Shown here: positions 10,940 to 20,633 of the stretch, one piece after another
How positions within the stretch are numbered: position 1 is the stretch's first letter
Layout: each line of letters opens with the position of its first letter
Source of the DNA: Nitrospirota bacterium
GTDB taxonomy: Bacteria > Nitrospirota > UBA9217
Assembly: GCA_963818475.1 (NCBI GenBank)
Contig: CAWFSF010000006.1
Span: 352,001 to 416,000 of the forward strand
Direction: 5' to 3'
DNA: 64,000 bases
Program-made: the position numbers and the translations under genes
The notes under the pieces: generated by a model
The model's input: the letters and a program-made list of their open reading frames with translations, nothing else
Database searches by the model: none
What the model was told of the DNA's origin: nothing

Positions 10940-11680
10940 CTACATGTACATGCCGCCGTTCACATGGATGACCTGACCGGATATGTACGATGCCCAGGGT
11001 GATGCAAGGAACCTGACCGCATTTGCAACATCGGCGGGAGTGCCGAGCTTGCCCAGGGGGATCTGCTTCGCGAGCTCTGTTCTGACGGTCTCGGACAGGG
11101 CCTGCGTCATGGCCGTTTCGATGAAGCCGGGGGCCACGGCATTGGCGGTGATGCCGCGATTCGCATATTCCCGGGCGATGGTCTTGGTAAGGCCGATGAG
11201 ACCGGCCTTGGACGCCACATAGTTCGCCTGGCCAGCATTGCCCATGGCGCCCACGATCGAGGCGATGTTGATGATCGTACCCCCGCGCTGCTTGGTCATA
11301 TACTTGAGCGCTGACTTCGTGCACAGGAACGCGCCTTTTAGATTGATGCTGAGCACCAGGTCCCAGTCCTCGTCCTTCATCCGGAGGATAAGCCCGTCGC
11401 GGGTGATTCCGGCGTTGTTCACCAGGATATCGATCCTGCCGAATTTCTCGATGACCTGGTCGATCATGGCGGTCACGTCGGCCGACGCCGCCACGTTCGC
11501 TTTGAGGGCAAGCGATTTTCTGCCGAGCGCTTCAATATCCGCCGCGGTTTTCTGGGCTGCTTCGAGGTTCACATCGCAGATGGCGACGTCAGCACCGTCT
11601 GTTGCGAGCGCCAGTGCAATGTCCCGTCCGATGCCTTGTGCTGCGCCTGTGACCAGTGCTATTTTGCCGTTCAAGCTCAT
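10940..11680 (-). CDS. fabG: 3-oxoacyl-ACP reductase
   Basis: TGAAQGIG, NNAGITRD, YVASK and VNGGMYM; fab operon context. Confidence 0.95.
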   Translation of the reverse strand: MSLNGKIALVTGAAQGIGRDIALALATDGADVAICDVNLEAAQKTAADIEALGRKSLALKANVAASADVTAMIDQVIEKFGRIDILVNNAGITRDGLILRMKDEDWDLVLSINLKGAFLCTKSALKYMTKQRGGTIINIASIVGAMGNAGQANYVASKAGLIGLTKTIAREYANRGITANAVAPGFIETAMTQALSETVRTELAKQIPLGKLGTPADVANAVRFLASPWASYISGQVIHVNGGMYM

Positions 11681-11766
11681 GCGATCGCTCCTGCCGGATT
11701 GTGCGTGGTGTTCTGTCCCGTGTTATTTTTTCGAGCAGCTGCCGCGGTCGGGTGTCTGTCAGACTG

Positions 11767-12703
11767 CTATGAAACGCCGATGGCATGCAGCGCATCGTTC
11801 ATGCTCTTTTGGTCTTCTACGTTCAGGATCTTTGCTTCCTTGGCGATCCGCTTCACCAGTCCGGAAAGTACCCTGCCGGGGCCTACCTCGATGAAGGTGT
11901 CGACGCCGTCGGCTGTCATGCGGTTTGATCGAGTCTTCCCAGAAGAGCGGAGCGCTGATTTGTTTGATGAGCGAAGGTCTCAGGTCAGACGCTTTCTGTA
12001 TGTACCGCGCATCGGCATTATTTACGATCGGTATCGTGAGATCGCTGATGCTGATGTGCTCAAGTTCCTTTGCCAGCCGGTCGCCTGCCGCCTGCATCAT
12101 GGCGCAGTGTGATGGCACGCTTACCGCAAGCGGCACCACCTTTTTCGCCCCGCGGGCTTTGGCGAGTTCCATGGCCGCTTCCACGGCTTTTTTCTCGCCG
12201 GCGATCACGATCTGGCCCGGGGAGTTGTAATTTGCAGGGGCAACTATACCATTTTCGGAAGCGTCAAGGCAAGTTTTTTCTACGTCCTGCCGCTCCATGC
12301 CGAGAATGGCCGCCATGAGTCCGGCGCCTTCAGGAACGGCCTCCTGCATATAGCGGCCGCGCTTCTGCACGAGCGCAACGGCATCTTTGAGGGTCAGGCC
12401 TCCGGCACAGGTGATGGCCGTATACTCGCCGAGACTATGGCCTGCAGCAGCCACGGCAACAACTCCCCGGCGCTCGAGCGGCCTCAGCATGGCGATGCTC
12501 GACGCAAGGATGGCGGGCTGGGTATTTTCCGTCAGGTTCAGTTTCTCGACAGGGCCCTGGGTGCACAGGTGCGCAAGGTCGAAGCCAAGCACCGTGCTCG
12601 CGGCTTCGAAGACCTCGCGGGATTCCCCGAAGTTCTCATAGAATTCTTTGGCCATGCCCACGTACTGCGAACCCTGGCCGGGAAAGAGGAATGCGATTTT
12701 CAT
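11767..12703 (-). CDS. fabD: Malonyl-CoA:ACP transacylase with one +1 frameshift near 11922
   Basis: FPGQGSQ, GHSLGEY and PSHC. The conserved FIEVGPGRVLSGL continues in the shifted frame. Confidence 0.92.
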
Positions 12704-12799
12704 AGGTATGACAGCCCACCCTTTTTGACAGGATAGCAGGATGTTTTCAGCGGAGGTTTTCTCTATCGCGACGATCCTGGTATTGCTGTGCCGATTCTT

Positions 12800-13993
12800 T
12801 TAGCCCTGTAGTTCCTTGAATTTTTTGATCATGACCGGCAGAACCTCGAGCACATCACCCACGATGCCGTAGGTGGCAACGCTGAAGATGGGCGCATCGG
12901 GGTCCTTGTTGATCGCGACGATGACATCGGACGACTGCATGCCTGCCACGTGCTGGATGGCACCGGATATGCCGCACGCGATATAGAGTTTGGGGCAAAC
13001 GGTCTTGCCGGTCTGGCCTACCTGGTGCGAGTAGGGGATCCAGCCCTCATCCACTGCGCCGCGCGTTGCAGCAACGGCTCCGCCCAGGACCTTGGCAAGT
13101 TCTTCGAGGAGGTGAAAGTTCTTGATGCCGCCCATGCCGCGGCCGCCGGCCACAATAATGTTCGCTTCGCAGATGTTCACGGTCTCGCCCAGCTCTTCCA
13201 CGGTCTTTATGACCCTGGTGCGGACATCACCGGCCTGCGTGAACTTCACCTCGATGATGTCGCCGGTGCGGGCATCATCGCGCGGAGCCGGCTTCATGAC
13301 CTTGTGCCTGACCGTCGCCATCTGCGGCCGGTGGTTGGGGGAAACGATGGTGGCCATGATGTTGCCGCCGAAGGCAGGCCGGGTCTGGTGCAGGTTGCCG
13401 GTCTCGGGGTCGATATCGAGCATGGTGCAGTCTGCCGTAAGTCCGGTGTAGAGCTTTGCCGCTACCTTGGGAATGAACGAACGGCCGATCGCCGTTGCTC
13501 CGGCGAGAATGATCTCCGGTTTGTGGAGCGTTGCGAGGGTGGTGAGCACGGCGCTGTAGGAATCGTCGTTAAAGTCCTTGAGGGCGGGATCATCGGCCAG
13601 GTAGACGACGTCGGCCCCGTACGCGATAAGGTCTTTGGCCTTCTCCTTGATGCCGTGGCCGATGAATACGGCTGAAAGTTTTGCCTGACGCTTATCAGCC
13701 AGCTTTCTTCCCTCTCCGAGCAGCTCAAGCGCTACGCTTGAGATGCTTCCCTTGTGCTGCTCAGCAAAGACCCAGACGCCTTTGAACGCTGAAAGGTCCT
13801 TTGCTGCAGCAACTGCCTCTTCGCCGGTCCGTTCTATGGCCTTGAATTCGCAGGCCTCGATGCACGCGCCGCAGAGGGTGCAGCTTTCCGTGATAAAGGC
13901 CTTGCCGCTGCGCATCTCAATGGCGCCAAAGGGGCAGACGGAGACACAGGTCTCGCAGCCGGTGCAGGTGTTTGATATGACTTGAACGCTCAC
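12800..13993 (-). CDS. etfA: Electron transfer flavoprotein alpha subunit with an N-terminal 2x[4Fe-4S] ferredoxin domain
   Basis: [12 protein letters not shown] and [11 protein letters not shown], then [25 protein letters not shown] and [11 protein letters not shown]. Confidence 0.93.
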   Translation of the reverse strand: MSVQVISNTCTGCETCVSVCPFGAIEMRSGKAFITESCTLCGACIEACEFKAIERTGEEAVAAAKDLSAFKGVWVFAEQHKGSISSVALELLGEGRKLADKRQAKLSAVFIGHGIKEKAKDLIAYGADVVYLADDPALKDFNDDSYSAVLTTLATLHKPEIILAGATAIGRSFIPKVAAKLYTGLTADCTMLDIDPETGNLHQTRPAFGGNIMATIVSPNHRPQMATVRHKVMKPAPRDDARTGDIIEVKFTQAGDVRTRVIKTVEELGETVNICEANIIVAGGRGMGGIKNFHLLEELAKVLGGAVAATRGAVDEGWIPYSHQVGQTGKTVCPKLYIACGISGAIQHVAGMQSSDVIVAINKDPDAPIFSVATYGIVGDVLEVLPVMIKKFKELQG

Positions 13994-14082
13994 AGGAAGC
14001 TCCTTGTTAATAATGATGCAGGATTCATGATGCATGTCTCGTCGTGAAATATCCTGGATCTTGCATCCTGAATCATGCGTCG

Positions 14083-14868
14083 TTAAATCAACGACTGTTC
14101 TTTCAACTTTTTCACGACCTGCTCCACCTGCTGTTCGATCGTCCCGGACAAAATCTCCCGCTGACCGCGGGGGGCGGGCGGGAATATCCGAACGACCTTC
14201 GTGGGCGAACCCTTGAGGCCGAGCATGTTCTCGTCAGCGCCGATATCCTTGGCCGTCATCGTCGTGACCTTGAGGCTTTTGGCCTTCATTTTGCCCTTCA
14301 GCGACGGCAGCCGAGGCTGGTTGATCTCCTTGACCACGGTTATCAGTGCCGGGAGAGAGGACTCCACCACATCGTATCCGTCGTCCATCATGCGCTCGAC
14401 GGTCATTTTACCGTCGGCTATGGCCGTTATTTTCTTGATGTAGGCGATGAAGGGAATGCCGAGCATGTCCGCGGTCTCGGGGCCGACCTGGGCCGTGTCG
14501 CCGTCGATCGCCTGTTTTCCCGCGATAACGAGGTCGTAGCAGCCGATCTTCTTTATTCCCTGGGCAAGGGTGTAGGATGTGGCCCACGTGTCGGCTCCGG
14601 CAAAAGCCCGGTCCGAAAACAGAACGACATCGTCAACGCCCATGGCCACGGCCTCTTTAAGCGCATCGGCGGCCTGCGGCGGTCCCATGGTCACGGCCGT
14701 CACCTTGCCGCCGTGCTGTTCGCGCAAACGAAGCGCCTCTTCAATGGCGAACATATCAAAGGGGTTGATGATGCTCGGGACACCGTCACGGATGAGCGTG
14801 TTCGTTTCCCGGTTGATCTTCACTTCTGACGTGTCCGGAACCTGTTTGACCAGAACGATGATATTCAT
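14083..14868 (-). CDS. etfB: Electron transfer flavoprotein beta subunit
   Basis: KQVPDT, NPFD, GADTWATS and GKQAIDGDTAQVGP. Confidence 0.94.
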   Translation of the reverse strand: MNIIVLVKQVPDTSEVKINRETNTLIRDGVPSIINPFDMFAIEEALRLREQHGGKVTAVTMGPPQAADALKEAVAMGVDDVVLFSDRAFAGADTWATSYTLAQGIKKIGCYDLVIAGKQAIDGDTAQVGPETADMLGIPFIAYIKKITAIADGKMTVERMMDDGYDVVESSLPALITVVKEINQPRLPSLKGKMKAKSLKVTTMTAKDIGADENMLGLKGSPTKVVRIFPPAPRGQREILSGTIEQQVEQVVKKLKEQSLI

Positions 14869-15012
14869 CTGCATCTCCAAAATTCCAAATAACAAATCAC
14901 AAATTTCAAATAAACTCCAGATCTCAATTACCCAAATTCGAAACGTTTTATACTTGTTATTTCGATATTGGAATTTATTTGCGATTTGGTGCTTGTGATT
15001 TTGAGCTTGTTT

Positions 15013-16170
15013 TTACTTCTGCCTCGTGGCTTCCTTGATCATATCGAGGGCGATGACATTGCGCTGGATCTGGTTCGTTCCCTCATAGATCTGGAGGATC
15101 TTGGCATCGCGCATCATCTTTTCGACAGGGTACTCTTTCATATAGCCCGAACCGCCCATGATCTGGACAGCGTCGGTTGTGACCTTCATGCCCGTGTCGG
15201 TGGCGAAGAGCTTTGCCATGGCGGAAGCGCGGGAAAAGTCCTTGGCTCCGCTGTCCATCATGCGGGCAACTGCGTAGACCAGCGCTCGTGCAGCCTCGGT
15301 CTGGGTCTGCATATCCGCGAGCATGTGCTGTATGGCCTGGAAGGAGGTGATGGGCTGGCCGAACTGGACCCTGCTTTTTGCAAACTTGATGCACTCGTCG
15401 ATGGCGCCCTGGGCCACGCCCACGCCCTGGGCTCCCACGCCCGCACGGGAGCAGTCGAGGGTCTTCATGGCCACGATAAAGCCCATGCCTTCCCTGGCGA
15501 TCAGGTTTTCCTTGGGGATGCGGCAGTTGTTGAAGATGAGCTCGGTCGTTGATGATGCGCGGATGCCCATCTTGTTCTCTTTTTTGCCGAAGGTGAATCC
15601 GGGCGTGCCTTTTTCCACGATAAAGCACGAGGCGCCGCGGGCGCCCTTGGACTTGTCGGTGATGGCGATGACCGTGTATATCTGTGCCTCGCCGCCGTTC
15701 GTGATCCACTGTTTCGTGCCGTTCAGGACATATTCATTTCCTTCGAGCTTAGCCGTGGTCTGTACGCCGCCGGCATCGCTGCCCGCGTTCGCTTCGGTCA
15801 GGCCGAATGCCGCGAGGTTCTTTCCTGATGCGATGTCGGGCAGATACTTCTTCTTCTGTGCGTCGGAACCGTGGAGCAGAATGGGGTACGTGCCGAGCGC
15901 GTTGGCCGCATAGCTGGTGGAAACTCCGACGCAGGCCTTCGATATCTCCTCGATGGCGATATAGAGATCGAGGCTCTTTTTGCCGAGGCCGCCGTATTCT
16001 TCGGGAATATAAATACCGAAGAGGTCCGCCTGGGCCATTGCCTTCATGATATCCGTCGGGAACTTGTTCTGTTCATCCAACTCTGCCCGCACCGGCACGA
16101 TCTTCTCTACCGCGATCTGTCGTGCGAGATCGCGTATCATGATCTGATCCTCTGTCAACAAATAGTCCAT
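15013..16170 (-). CDS. Acyl-CoA dehydrogenase family protein (Bcd/CarC-like)
   Basis: FGLTEANAGSD, NGTKQWITNG, KMGIRAS, RVQFGQPI and IYEGTNQIQR (catalytic Glu). Confidence 0.93.
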   Translation of the reverse strand: MDYLLTEDQIMIRDLARQIAVEKIVPVRAELDEQNKFPTDIMKAMAQADLFGIYIPEEYGGLGKKSLDLYIAIEEISKACVGVSTSYAANALGTYPILLHGSDAQKKKYLPDIASGKNLAAFGLTEANAGSDAGGVQTTAKLEGNEYVLNGTKQWITNGGEAQIYTVIAITDKSKGARGASCFIVEKGTPGFTFGKKENKMGIRASSTTELIFNNCRIPKENLIAREGMGFIVAMKTLDCSRAGVGAQGVGVAQGAIDECIKFAKSRVQFGQPITSFQAIQHMLADMQTQTEAARALVYAVARMMDSGAKDFSRASAMAKLFATDTGMKVTTDAVQIMGGSGYMKEYPVEKMMRDAKILQIYEGTNQIQRNVIALDMIKEATRQK

Positions 16171-16243
16171 TACATCCTCCGGATTGCAGTAAATTTTTAT
16201 ATAATATATGAACCCAGATAAATTCTATAAAAAAGGCCCATCC

Positions 16244-17224
16244 CTACCACCGAACGAGCGCCGAGGCCCAGGTCAGGCCGCCGCCGAAAGCCTCGAACAG
16301 GATGAGGTGATTGTCCTTGATCCTGCCGTCGCGGACCGCTTCGTCCAGCGCCATAGGGATCGAGGCCGCCGAGGTATTTCCATACTTGGGAAGAGTGAGC
16401 ACGACCTTTTCCATGGGCATGTTCAGGCGCTGCGCCATGGCCTGGATGATCCGCAGATTTGCCTGGTGTGGAACGAGAAAATCGATCTCCTCCGGTTTTA
16501 CCTTGTTGTGCTCAAGCGCCTCTTGGGCGACGCCTTCGAGCGCCCGGACCGCAGCCTTGAAGGTTTCATTGCCTTTCATCCGGATGAAGTGCATCCGCCT
16601 GCGGATCGTATCGTGGGACGGCGGGTGCGAGGCGCCGCCTGCCGGAACATAGAGCAGGTCCCCGAAGGCGCCGTCGGAATGCAGATGCGTAGAAAGGATC
16701 CCGCGCTTGCCCGCATGCCGCTGGATCACGACCGCTCCTGCCCCGTCTCCGAAGAGGATGCAGGTCGTGCGGTCCTCCCAGTCGGTGAACCGCGACAGGA
16801 CCTCGGCCCCTACGAGGAGGATGTTCTTGTAAGCACCGGACTTAATGAACGCATCGGCCATGGACATTCCGAAGATGAACCCTGAACAGGCGGCAGCGAT
16901 ATCAAAGGCCGCTGCATTCTTCGCCCCGAGCTTTTCCTGCAGCACGCATCCCATGCTCGGCAGGATGGTATCGGGCGTCATCGTGGCAACCAGAATGAGG
17001 TCCAGGTCCTGGGCTCCGATCCCCGCGGCTTTCAGCGCTTTTTTGCCTGCTTCATAGGCAAGGTCGGACGTGGTCTGGCCCTTTTCCGCTATCCGGCGTT
17101 CCTTGATACCAGTGCGCTCAGTGATCCAGGCGTCGCTCGTATCGACGAGTTTTTCCAGGTCCTGGTTGGTGATGATCTTTTTCGGGGCGAACGAGCCCGT
17201 TCCTGTTATCCGCGCGTGGATCAT
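16244..17224 (-). CDS. fabH: 3-oxoacyl-ACP synthase III
   Basis: AACSGF, PHQANLRI and YGNTSAAS. Confidence 0.95.
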   Translation of the reverse strand: MIHARITGTGSFAPKKIITNQDLEKLVDTSDAWITERTGIKERRIAEKGQTTSDLAYEAGKKALKAAGIGAQDLDLILVATMTPDTILPSMGCVLQEKLGAKNAAAFDIAAACSGFIFGMSMADAFIKSGAYKNILLVGAEVLSRFTDWEDRTTCILFGDGAGAVVIQRHAGKRGILSTHLHSDGAFGDLLYVPAGGASHPPSHDTIRRRMHFIRMKGNETFKAAVRALEGVAQEALEHNKVKPEEIDFLVPHQANLRIIQAMAQRLNMPMEKVVLTLPKYGNTSAASIPMALDEAVRDGRIKDNHLILFEAFGGGLTWASALVRW

Positions 17225-18234
17225 TTTGCTTTCGCAAGCTCCATATTCTTTTCGATGTCCTCGTGGATATGCTTGTTGACCTCGCTCTTTGCAAGCTCCG
17301 CGGCAACGCGGACGGCATTCTTGATCGCCCGGTCAGAGGACCGGCCGTGGCTGATGATGCTGATGCCATTGATGCCGATGAGGGGCGCGCCGCCGTATTC
17401 AGCGTAGTCAATGCGCCGTTTGAGCGACCGGAAGGCCGGCCGCATCATGAAATAGCCGAGCTTTCGGATCAGGTTGTCGCCGATATTCTCGCGGATGATG
17501 AGCCCGATGGTCTCGGCAACGGCTTCGGAGATCTTGAGCACCACATTACCGATAAAGCCGTCACAGACCACGACATCGGCATTGCCGCTCATGACGTCGC
17601 GGCCCTCCACATTGCCGATGAAGTTGAGCGACGTTTCCGTCAGAAGTTTGAACGCTTCCTTCGTCAGTTCATTTCCCTTGGTCGCTTCTTCACCGATGGA
17701 AAGGAGGCCCACCCTGGGGTTCATGTTCTTCAGAAGGTATTTCGAGTAGACCTCGCCCATGATGGCGAACTGCAGGAGGTGGTTCGGCTTGCAGTCCACA
17801 TTCGCGCCGACATCCAGAATGATGCACGTGCCTTTCATGGTCGGCATGATCGTGGCGATAGCCGGCCGCTCGATCCCCTCAAGCTTGCCAAGGACGAAGA
17901 GCGAGGTGGCCATGGCCGCTCCGGTATGCCCTGCACTGATCACCGCGACCGCTTCACCGCTCTTGACGAGTTCATTGGCGACACGGATCGAGGAGTCTTT
18001 TTTCCTGCGGAAGACCGTGGCGGGAGAATCGAGCATATCCACCACCTCGGTTGCATTCCGTATCTCCAGGGGAAGCGCCTTTGTGTTATGGTGTTTGTTG
18101 AGCTCTTCCTGGATTGCCTGCTCGATCCCCACAAGGATGATGCCGACGCCGAATTCCTTTGCCGCCTGGACTGCACCGGCAACAACGGCATGGGGCGCAT
18201 TATCCCCGCCCATAGCATCAACAGCGATCTTCAT
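17221..18234 (-). CDS. plsX: Phosphate acyltransferase
   Basis: IAVDAMGGDNAP, LDVGANVD and VVCDGFIGNVVLK. Confidence 0.96.
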   Translation of the reverse strand: MKIAVDAMGGDNAPHAVVAGAVQAAKEFGVGIILVGIEQAIQEELNKHHNTKALPLEIRNATEVVDMLDSPATVFRRKKDSSIRVANELVKSGEAVAVISAGHTGAAMATSLFVLGKLEGIERPAIATIMPTMKGTCIILDVGANVDCKPNHLLQFAIMGEVYSKYLLKNMNPRVGLLSIGEEATKGNELTKEAFKLLTETSLNFIGNVEGRDVMSGNADVVVCDGFIGNVVLKISEAVAETIGLIIRENIGDNLIRKLGYFMMRPAFRSLKRRIDYAEYGGAPLIGINGISIISHGRSSDRAIKNAVRVAAELAKSEVNKHIHEDIEKNMELAKAK

Positions 18235-18313
18235 ACGGACTCCCTACAATATAAAAGGCAAAGAGTTATACCGAGAACACAGTATCATCCCTTTGCCTTT
18301 GAGCGCACGAACG

Positions 18314-18496
18314 TTATATCTGCTGGACGGTGATGACTTCGCGGCCATTGTAGGTACCGCAGGAGATGCAGGCGTGGTGAGGTTTTTTGACCTCCTGGCA
18401 CTGCGGGCAGATCCCGACGCTGGGGGCTTTCAGGTGCTTATGGGTGCGCCTTTTGTCTCTGCGTGACTTGGATGTTTTGTGTTTTGGATTAGCCAT
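18314..18496 (-). CDS. rpmF: 50S ribosomal protein L32
   Basis: MANPKHKTSKSRRDKRRTH...CPQC...PHHACISCGTY. Confidence 0.96.
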   Translation of the reverse strand: MANPKHKTSKSRRDKRRTHKHLKAPSVGICPQCQEVKKPHHACISCGTYNGREVITVQQI

Positions 18497-18514
18497 GTTT
18501 CTATCGTGCTCCTT

Positions 18515-19030
18515 CTATTTTTTGAATATGTCCTTTAGTACGGAAAAGGCTCCGAATGTTCCTTGATCATCACGCTTGCAGTTACACTCCGCTTCATTGA
18601 GGTCCTTGCCGCAGAGGGGGCAGAGACCTTTGCAATTCGCATCATGAAGCGGCACCATGGGAACGGCGATGAGCAGCTGTTCCTTGATAATGGCAACGGG
18701 CTCGATCTCCTCGCCCTGATAAAATTCCGTATCAAGCTCGGACCGGTCGAGCTCATGTTCAGCCCCGGTCTTCACGGTACTTGCCGGCGCCAGTTCAACG
18801 CTTACGTCTGCATCGATCCTGTACGGAAAGGATTTCAGGCAGCGGCTGCATTCGAGCAGGGGTTCAGCTTGCAGCCGGCCAGCAACATGAAGCAGTCCCG
18901 CTCCCGACGGCTTGAAGTTCAGCACCGCCGTAAAAGCCGTTGATGCTGTCCCTTGGTCGAACAGATCGAGCTTGTGGGCAAGCTCCAGGGTAAGCCCCTC
19001 TGGCGGTATGTCGTTGATCTTAATAGCCAT
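18515..19030 (-). CDS. yceD: YceD/DUF177 family protein
   Basis: ECSRCL and CKGLCPLCG; located upstream of rpmF. Confidence 0.88.
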   Translation of the reverse strand: MAIKINDIPPEGLTLELAHKLDLFDQGTASTAFTAVLNFKPSGAGLLHVAGRLQAEPLLECSRCLKSFPYRIDADVSVELAPASTVKTGAEHELDRSELDTEFYQGEEIEPVAIIKEQLLIAVPMVPLHDANCKGLCPLCGKDLNEAECNCKRDDQGTFGAFSVLKDIFKK

Positions 19031-19060
19031 TTTAACTGCTCCAGGGGCTGTAAGTCTCGA

Positions 19061-19089
19061 ATTATATAGAGAACATCCCGTTTTGTCAA
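19061..19089 (-). promoter_or_regulatory. Consensus sigma70 promoter heading the yceD-rpmF-plsX-fab operon
   Basis: Perfect TTGACA-N17-TATAAT on the minus strand. Confidence 0.7.
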
Positions 19090-19171
19090 GAAAAAAGACT
19101 TTTTATCAGAAGGGCCCAACCGGGTCCGCTTTTGCGCCTCGTTCGTGTTCCATTGCCGGACCGAGGGAATT

Positions 19172-20404
19172 TCATTGGGTATGTATCACGGCTTCATTGG
19201 GGCCGCCGCCCTTGACCCTGCTGAGAAGAACCAGGCCGATGACGAAAAAGGCTGCAATGGAGAGGATGGCCGGACGCTGGCTTTTGAAGGTTGCTGAGAT
19301 CATACCGAAGACAAGCGGCCCGGCGATGGCCGAGGATTTTCCGACAAGAGCGTAGACCCCGAAGTACTCCGCTTCCCGGCCGCTGGGGACGAACTGGGTG
19401 AAGAACGCGCGCGTACCGGCCTGCACACTGCCGAGGCCAAGGCCTGCAGTGCAGGCGAGCATCCAGAATTGGGGCTTGGCCTGGACGAAGAAGGCAGCTA
19501 CGGCAACCACTGTCCAGAGGAGCAGGGAAAGGAGAACCACTTTTTTAGGCCCCCAGGTATCGGTGGGCCTTGAAAGGAAAAATGCGCCAGCCAATGCTGT
19601 CACCTGGACCGCAAGATAGAGCCCGATCAGTTCGCCCTGGTTGAAACCGAAGGTCGTGGCCGCAAGGCTGCTTGAAAAAATGATTACCGTATTGACCCCA
19701 TCCTCATAGATGAGGTAGGCAAGCAGAAATTTTCGTGCTTCACGCTGCTGCAGGATCTCCTTCAGGGTTGCCACGGCACGCTGGAAACCTCTGATGCTGG
19801 CCTGGAAAGGCGAGACCACGACGGTCGCATCACGGGGCAGGAACAATAATGCCGGCAACGAGAAGACCGCAAAGAAAAGGGCGACCATGGGCCAGATAAG
19901 GTAGAGATGGCCGGTCTTTGCCAGCGGCAGGGCAATGAGCAGGGAAAGGATGGAGCCTGCATACCCGACACCGAAGCCCCACCCCGAGACCCTGCCTTGG
20001 TACTCCTTCGGCGCGATCTGGGGAAGAAAGGAGTTGTAAAAGACGAGCCCGCCTTCCATGCCGATGTTGGCCAGGACGATGAGAAAAAAACCGAGCAGAG
20101 CTGCGCCGGGGGTGATCAGGGAGAATCCCGCCACGGCAATGATGCAGGTGAAAGTGTACACGGCGAGGAGCCGCTTCCTGCGGCCGGCATAGTCTGCAAT
20201 GCCGCCGAGAAAGGGTGAGGTGAGGGAAACGATCAGCATGCTGAGGGAGATTGCCCGTCCCCACCAGAGGTCTCCCTGGCCGGCCGTGTTCCCGACAATG
20301 ACATTGATATAGTAGACCTGGAAGATGACCGCAGCGATCACGGCAGAGTAGCTTGAGTTGGCAAAATCGAAAAGGCACCAGCTGATGATCTGTTTTTTGT
20401 TCAT
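19172..20404 (-). CDS. MFS transporter (UMF1/Atg22-like)
   Basis: WCLFDFANS, FYNSFLPQI and GRVSGWGFGVGYAG; about 12 TM segments. Confidence 0.85.
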   Translation of the reverse strand: MNKKQIISWCLFDFANSSYSAVIAAVIFQVYYINVIVGNTAGQGDLWWGRAISLSMLIVSLTSPFLGGIADYAGRRKRLLAVYTFTCIIAVAGFSLITPGAALLGFFLIVLANIGMEGGLVFYNSFLPQIAPKEYQGRVSGWGFGVGYAGSILSLLIALPLAKTGHLYLIWPMVALFFAVFSLPALLFLPRDATVVVSPFQASIRGFQRAVATLKEILQQREARKFLLAYLIYEDGVNTVIIFSSSLAATTFGFNQGELIGLYLAVQVTALAGAFFLSRPTDTWGPKKVVLLSLLLWTVVAVAAFFVQAKPQFWMLACTAGLGLGSVQAGTRAFFTQFVPSGREAEYFGVYALVGKSSAIAGPLVFGMISATFKSQRPAILSIAAFFVIGLVLLSRVKGGGPNEAVIHTQ

Positions 20405-20633
20405 GATGGCCATGGTATACCAATCGCTCCCGAAGTGCAAGGGGACGGCCTGACAGGCGCTGCGCGAGATAATCCCGCTCGGCAAAGACCTGTATTTGTT
20501 AACTTCAACAGCGATTTTATCACCAAATCACCTGGCAATATGGAGTCTTGCGTCCATGCTGAAACAGTCTGCTCTGCCTGCCCTCTTCCTCGTCCTGCCC
20601 GGTTTTGGAGCGCGCCATGCATCCGCAAGTATG

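Noticed and set aside
11767-12703. fabD, bioA and others as true pseudogenes or programmed frameshifts
   Set aside because: Uniform +1 insertions without shared slippery motifs are better explained as sequencing error.
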